This document shows, piece by piece, positions 58,762-64,000 of a stretch of DNA of 64,000 nucleotides. Position 1 is the stretch's first letter. Each line of letters opens with the position of its first letter. The notes beneath the pieces are model-generated. The model was not told the origin of the DNA. It did not search any database and saw only the letters and a list, made by a program, of their open reading frames with translations. A program made the position numbers and the translations under genes. The stretch comes from a virus. Its lineage: Duplodnaviria > Caudoviricetes. The stretch spans positions 1 to 64,000 of IMG/VR virus record IMGVR_UViG_3300037601_000024; one strand, 5' to 3'.

Positions 58762-58807
58762 GAAAGCGCCTCCGGAACTAAACCACCCGGTAAGGCGCTT
58801 TCTTTTT
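58762..58807 (+). terminator. Intrinsic terminator
   Basis: GAAAGCGCC...GGCGCTTTC-TTTTT. Confidence 0.6.
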
Positions 58808-59029
58808 GGGTTGATGCCGAGCCATGGCAATTTTCAATTATAGAAAGGCTCGTCCGGCGCCACTTATTATAGAACGGCTCCCATTAGCCATTTCCCCAAA
58901 AGAAAGGCGCCATGGCGCCTTGTGTAGACCGGTATAGATCGCCATGGCTCCAGGCGGCAATTGTCAGTCAAACATTACAAATTTGTAATGTAGAAATTGT
59001 GTTCTGACCCTTGTGTTACACCCTCTGTG

Positions 59030-59117
59030 TGCTATCTATTGTGTGTCGGAAGCGAACAGCAAGCGCGACCGACAGTTGTTTGAAAACTGCTCAATAGTGA
59101 GCATTCATTTACGGAGG
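59030..59117 (+). promoter_or_regulatory. Early promoter -10 (GCTATCTA) plus hairpin/boxA-like leader, copy 3
   Basis: GTCGG-AA-GCG-AACAGCAAG-CGC-GA-CCGAC then AGTTGTTTGAAAAC. Confidence 0.6.
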
Positions 59118-59126
59118 ACATTACAC

Positions 59127-59870
59127 ATGTCAAATCGCACTTCAGTTACCACTGCAAACTCTGAGCTTCTGGATCAACCAATGATCGAAGCTATGTGGAG
59201 CGCTTCACCGCAACAGGTTGGAGGTATGCGCAAGCGTATCAGTGACCTGATCGACGACCGGAAAGCTCGCGACAGCGAGAAACTTCCGGAGGGAGGTGAA
59301 CTTTCAAAGGACTTTCGTCACTTGGAAGACTGGAAAGAATCGGACGCACTGCACCGGTTTTTCCTCGCGATGCAGATTGATCCGAAAGGATACATTCTCA
59401 ATCCATACTTGGACGACGCAGAACTGAAAAAGCGCGGTTTTGATCCTTCCGCTCGGACACGCAACCTCAAAGCTTACAAGAAAGTCCGCGAGGTCGCTGA
59501 ATATGTCGTCACCGGACAAGCGAAGCTTGAAGCGGTGTTTAAGACGTTCGTCGCGTGCTCTATCGTCGCGTCTCGCACGGTGAGCTTTATTGACAGCAAC
59601 GTCTGCGAGCGGTTCCTCTCAAGCATTCCTCTGACCGATGTCAGCGCGGACCTTGCGGAAGCTATCGACGCTTTCCAAGCGAAGCACATGACAACCGGAG
59701 CTGCGACACAAGCGTCTCAAATGCGCTTGACGCTCGCTAATCTTGGAGCGGTCACGATGCAGAAGGAAGACGGTCGCAAAGGTTTCGTTCTGAAACCGGA
59801 AAGCGGTCTGATCCAGGCGCTCGCTGAGCGCTTCGGGATGCAGGATCAGTTGCAGCAAATCGCTGCCTAA
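59127..59870 (+). CDS. Hypothetical protein with winged-helix-like C-terminus
   Basis: ACGGAGG SD before ATG 59127; TQASQMRLTLANLGAV; strong terminator after. Confidence 0.65.
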   Translation: MSNRTSVTTANSELLDQPMIEAMWSASPQQVGGMRKRISDLIDDRKARDSEKLPEGGELSKDFRHLEDWKESDALHRFFLAMQIDPKGYILNPYLDDAELKKRGFDPSARTRNLKAYKKVREVAEYVVTGQAKLEAVFKTFVACSIVASRTVSFIDSNVCERFLSSIPLTDVSADLAEAIDAFQAKHMTTGAATQASQMRLTLANLGAVTMQKEDGRKGFVLKPESGLIQALAERFGMQDQLQQIAA

Positions 59871-59890
59871 ACCGACGTAAAACAACACGG

Positions 59891-59920
59891 AAAGGGACGC
59901 TCAATCGAGCGTCCCTTTTT
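59891..59920 (+). terminator. Intrinsic terminator
   Basis: AAAGGGACGCTC-AATC-GAGCGTCCCTTTTT. Confidence 0.75.
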
Positions 59921-60729
59921 GCGTTTGTATATGGGAAGAAACCGCCTCCCTATGGGTGGAACTCGCCTTGCCTAGAGAGGGAGCCGCCTTGGGACGATCT
60001 GAATTGTCACTCAAACATTACAAATATTTAATCTAAAACCCATGCCACACACCTTGCGTAACACACGAAATGTGTTACATTAGAGATAGTTCAGGTGGTT
60101 CTGAACTAACTCGAAAGGTAAAACAATGATTGATCAAAAAGACCAACGCGACATGGACCGGATTAAGCGACACAGAGACCGGATCAGGAAAGCGAAAAAA
60201 GCAAGAGAGGAGCGGTCCCGAAAGGACCGTTCCGACCTCCTCGAAGCGATCGGACTCTCATTTTCCAGCTTCATGTGGATGTCATAAAAATGAAAGGTTT
60301 TAAACAGTTCGTCAAAGACACCGCATTCAATCTTCTGCTTTTGTTCTGGGTTGCACTCGCATTCTTCTGGGTCATGGAGCAGGTCAACATTAACTTTTAG
60401 TCATAATCGAGACACCCTGGGGACCGCGTTACACCTGTAGCGCGGTCTCTTTGTGCGCTCCCTCCAAACATTACAAATAATTAATGTGCATTAAACATTT
60501 GTAATGTTTCTTGACGTCGCGGAAGTCTTAGGATTTCCCGACTTTGCTGTGGGGGTTCCCTCGGGATTTTTCGGCGAAATTAACACCTATCCCTTATATC
60601 CCAGGCTCCCCGGCTGTCGAGCTTCCCTTATACCCATACGAAAACGCGCATAAAACAGGTTTATCCGGCTTCGCGTATATCGTTTCGATATCAGCCGGCG
60701 GTTTTGATGTCTTTTGAGATATCAGGCGA

Positions 60730-61065
60730 TCAGAACGTATCTTCGATCTCTTCGGCTTCCGTCTTCTCATCTTGCGATGCCTGGTTCCAGATAGACACGT
60801 AGACCATGACCGCGATGAATGTGCCTGTCGCATAGTTGCGAAGAAGAGCTGTGTCCACTTCGACGCCGGGAGCGAACAAGTCCGCGAACATCCAGATCGT
60901 CAGTGCGCCTTCTATGAGAACCCAGATGATCACACCTGTCTTTACGCGTGGCTCCCATTTGCTCTTCCAGAAGAGTTTGAGGATCCAGGCGGTCAGAAAC
61001 ACTAAGCCTAGTCGAACCAGCGCAGCGATGACCGCCACGACGACAAACATTAGAATTCCAATCAT
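60730..61065 (-). CDS. Membrane protein (3 TM)
   Basis: Hydrophobic helices; minus-strand block. Confidence 0.6.
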   Translation of the reverse strand: MIGILMFVVVAVIAALVRLGLVFLTAWILKLFWKSKWEPRVKTGVIIWVLIEGALTIWMFADLFAPGVEVDTALLRNYATGTFIAVMVYVSIWNQASQDEKTEAEEIEDTF

Positions 61066-61085
61066 GCCTGGACCCCCGATTTAGC

Positions 61086-61472
61086 TTATTCGGTCGTTTC
61101 GCCAGAAGCTTCGACCGCCTTTTGAGCCGCCTCTGCTTCTGCCTTGCAGTTTGTGTCCACTGCACGCTCTAGTGCTCTTACCTGTCCCTTAGCAAGAGCG
61201 AGTTCGCCTTCAACATCGGCGCCGAACACCGATCCCGCAGGAACGAGAAGAAGGAAGACGCCGACCGTATCGGCCGTTGCTGCGTTGTTTTGTTTCTTAC
61301 GAAGCGTTTCTTCTTCCGCGCGCTTCAGGTCCAGCTCCGCCCGAGACTCTTCGCAGGTCAGATCATAATACTCTGACGCCGACACTGAGACTGGAGCGAC
61401 ACCAGACGCTCTTGTGGCGCAAGCAGACAATAATCCTGCTGCTACCAGTGAAATAAATAAGGCATTTTTCAT
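61086..61472 (-). CDS. Lipoprotein
   Basis: Lipobox LLSAC, later hydrophobic hairpin VGVFLLLVPAGSVFG. Confidence 0.7.
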   Translation of the reverse strand: MKNALFISLVAAGLLSACATRASGVAPVSVSASEYYDLTCEESRAELDLKRAEEETLRKKQNNAATADTVGVFLLLVPAGSVFGADVEGELALAKGQVRALERAVDTNCKAEAEAAQKAVEASGETTE

Positions 61473-61630
61473 TACGCACCCCGTTGGTTAATAGGAGCGC
61501 TTAGTAAATCGAATCCGAGTCCTTCCGCAACCGAAAAGTTAAGGCAATTCAAGATTGTATCTTTGTTTACACTCGACTTAAATCGAAGGCGGTGGGTACG
61601 ATCTTGAGTTTCCACAACCCACCGCCTTCT

Positions 61631-61705
61631 AAATCCCTATGCTCTGCCTGACTGAGCTACCCAGCGCGTAGCCGGGGTGAGATTCGAACTCACGACCTAG
61701 GGTTT
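61631..61705 (-). ncRNA. Circularly permuted tRNA-like RNA (YrlA/Y-RNA-like topology)
   Basis: Minus strand 5'-AAA CCCUA GGUC GUGAG-UUCGAAU-CUCAC CCCGGC-UACGC-GCUGGG UA GCUC-AGUCAGGCA-GAGC A UAGGG AUUU-3': T arm, loop-closed acceptor, D arm, closed by an anticodon-type stem. Confidence 0.75.
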
Positions 61706-63912
61706 CCTCTTTGATGGAGATGCCGTTAGCACCTCCCACCAACTGTCTGCATCTTCGAAATCGTCGCGCTCCACCGCCTCGATGTAAAACGTCGCCAAGT
61801 CTACCCGCGCTTTATGTACCTCACGCGGGTCTTCTGGGTAAGACTGCATCGCCATGATTTGTTCTTTGGTGTAGCCGCCGTCAGTCATCGCGCTCCCCTG
61901 TCGGGTAGAGGCATCCAGTGGGTGCGGCTTTCAGGGCGGCTTGCATGGATCGGATCATCCGGTCTTTGTGGTCATTCGGCAGCTCATCCCACGAGCGCTC
62001 AAGGTCTTCCACGCCGGACATGTATTCCTGATAGTGAGCTTTCGCCATTGCTTCCATCAAAACCTCACGCAATGCCGCATCGTTATCCTGTGCGGAGTAG
62101 TTGACAACATCAAAAGCTGACCCCTCCAACCAATCGCGCACCATAGAAACAACGCTCTCAACGGTCTCTTCAGTCGACAGATCGTTTTCGGTACACCGTT
62201 GCGCCCGCTTGATGATCAAGTCCGGCAGCTTTCTTGCGGCTCGATCATTGCTCTTCGACAACCTTGTTAAAACCGCCTGGCGATCCTCGTCAGATAGCTT
62301 CATCGGATCATTTCGCATTACCCCACTCCATACACAACTGCTTCAGCGATGCGCTCCCAGTGTCTTTTGATATTCTCAGTATGCTTATCCCAGAGCGCAC
62401 GAGCTGATTCTTCAGATAAAGCTGGCTGCGCCGCCCTGAACGCTCGAAACCCTGCACCGAATGTCCCCAGAATTTTCAGAGACTGAAGCTCATAATTGTA
62501 ATCCGACAGCTCGTCATACGCTTCCAATAGGCGTTGAAGTTCGTCGACCTGAATTTTGACGCTTTGCTCGCCGGCCTTCTTCAGGTCTTCAACAAGCTGG
62601 CGTGTGGAGTGAACGATATCGGTCATACCGGAAGTCCTCTCCAGCCGTCTTCCCACCAATAGCCGACATAATCGCGCTGATATTTGATGTGGTCGAACCA
62701 CTCATTGATCTCGCCGATCGTATCCTCCTCGATTGTGAATGGGATTACCCATTGGACGTAGAGAATGTGCTGCTTCATGCGCTTGTCTCCCGCTTCAAAA
62801 GCATCAATCGGTTCCTGAGAGCGTGGATCGCTTGCAATCTGGTCGCGTGACTATTGATCTGGTCATCGAGAACACCACTCAGAGCGACGTTTAGCTCGTC
62901 TTGCTCCTGCTGATACCTGTCGACCTGTTCTTCGCGCTCACGGAGCTCCTGTGTCGTTTTCTCAGCGCGTTGTTTCCACGTGCGCTTGTCTTCCATCGCC
63001 CCGTTGTAAGCATCTGCATCCGGAACTGCGACAGTATCGGACCTGACCCACGATTGAATGCGCGGACCATCTAGGTGAGCTTTCGTTTGAAAGCGCGCGA
63101 TGTGATACGACCGGCGCCATATCCGGTATCCGTCGATCATCTTGGTTGGGATCCAGGCGAACTTCTTCCGCCACGGTCCAACACGTTCCATGAACATCAT
63201 CATTCCTGAAGTCCCTCGTTCTCGATTTCGGTAATGAACTCTTCGACGCGTAGGTGAAGTTCGACCCACTTCTTTCCGAAGCCGTCTTTGGTCTCGCAAG
63301 TGGGATCAACCATACGCCGGTGTCCTTCGAGATCAGTCAGTGCTCTCAGGTTTCCTTTCGCCTGGTTCCAGACGATCGCCTTGTTCATGGATAGCGTTTC
63401 GTAGCTCAAAAGCTGCTCCCTAGCGCTTGGACGAATTTGTAGAGAAAGAACGGAATGCCGATCACAACGATGGCCAGACCGATCAGAAGGTTCCAGCATA
63501 CTCTAGGCATCGGCGTGCTTCCCGAGCAGGTAGACCGTGTTTCGGGTGTGAGCGAGCTTCATGTCACCCACGTCCTCGATCTTTGTGACCGTACTGGTGA
63601 AGACCGGCTCTGAGTCTTTGAAACGACCCTTCCGGTCAAAAAAGATCCAGCCTTGCAGACGATCGCCGATTTGCTCCCAGTTGTGGAGCATGGCGTGTGC
63701 GATCATGATATCGTTCGGGACGTTGTTCATTCCGCCACCTTCTCGAACCACTCCTGGCGCGACGCCAAAGACAGCTCTCCCCAAGATGGGAAACGGTTGC
63801 AGTGAATACCGGAGCTATCGACATGTTTGATGTACGCCGCTTTGGCTTTCTGCTCGCGCTCGGAGACCTCTCGAAGCGGTGTCAGCTCCCGCTGTGCTTC
63901 GTCACGAACCAT
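61697..63912 (-). other. Minus-strand cluster of small hypothetical CDS (61697-61888, 61881-62318, 62318-62626, 62775-63202, ~63200-63389, ~63503-63730, 63727-63912)
   Basis: ATGA-type coupling on the minus strand; ORF track. Confidence 0.55.
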
Positions 63913-64000
63913 CGCCGCCCATCCGCGAGCCTCATCAGGATCGCATGGACGCTCACTGGTCCGGCTGTTTGGACATTCGCCGTCGTGGTCTGCGCAATCC

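Noticed and set aside
61631-61705. Two-piece (permuted) alphaproteobacterial tmRNA
   Set aside because: It has a full D stem and no G3-U70 Ala acceptor, the linker is only a 5-nt loop, and no tag-reading frame or pseudoknots follow
61631-61705. Ordinary tRNA gene or attP 3'-half
   Set aside because: No D arm upstream of the T arm on either strand, no CCA, no integrase; the 5' half lies downstream

Overview
This window is a contiguous piece of a large dsDNA tailed phage (or phage-plasmid) genome; no host chromosomal genes, integrase, transposase or CRISPR array were recognised. Almost everything from 1 to about 60.4 kb is on the + strand. It runs: tail-fibre/receptor-binding genes, a lysis cassette (M15 peptidase endolysin plus holin-like proteins), then a self-contained replication/recombination/nucleotide module (PhoH, DnaB, primase, XRE regulator, CobT-like VWA plus CobS/MoxR AAA+, DnaE with a C-terminal UDG-like domain, UvsY-like, gp32-like SSB, 5'-3' exonuclease, RecA, SbcD/HNH/SbcC, BRCT, RuvC, NrdAB, ThyX, dUTPase, NMP-kinase-like, DnaQ-like exonuclease, ATP-dependent ligase). 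A long accessory region of small genes follows (orphan methyltransferase, outer-membrane beta-barrel), then a mostly non-coding switch region (about 55.8-56.7 kb) and early-type units with host-like promoters. A convergent minus-strand block occupies about 60.7-64 kb. The gene set recalls SSU5/pHCM2-like phage-plasmids, while promoter style suggests an alphaproteobacterial host (inference). The most unusual signals are: (1) a 15-residue C-terminal tag, ERxxxYxxxExAGxF-stop, in exact register on six otherwise unrelated proteins (a seventh partial); (2) a complete circularly permuted tRNA-like RNA with a loop-closed acceptor stem (YrlA/Y-RNA-like topology) at 61631-61705 (-); (3) about 30 copies of a 22-bp quasi-palindromic operator/promoter in front of most + strand units; (4) three leader copies of a covarying hairpin plus boxA-like element; (5) a gene split by an apparent -1 frameshift. 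All functional calls come from motif reading by eye; no database searches were run.
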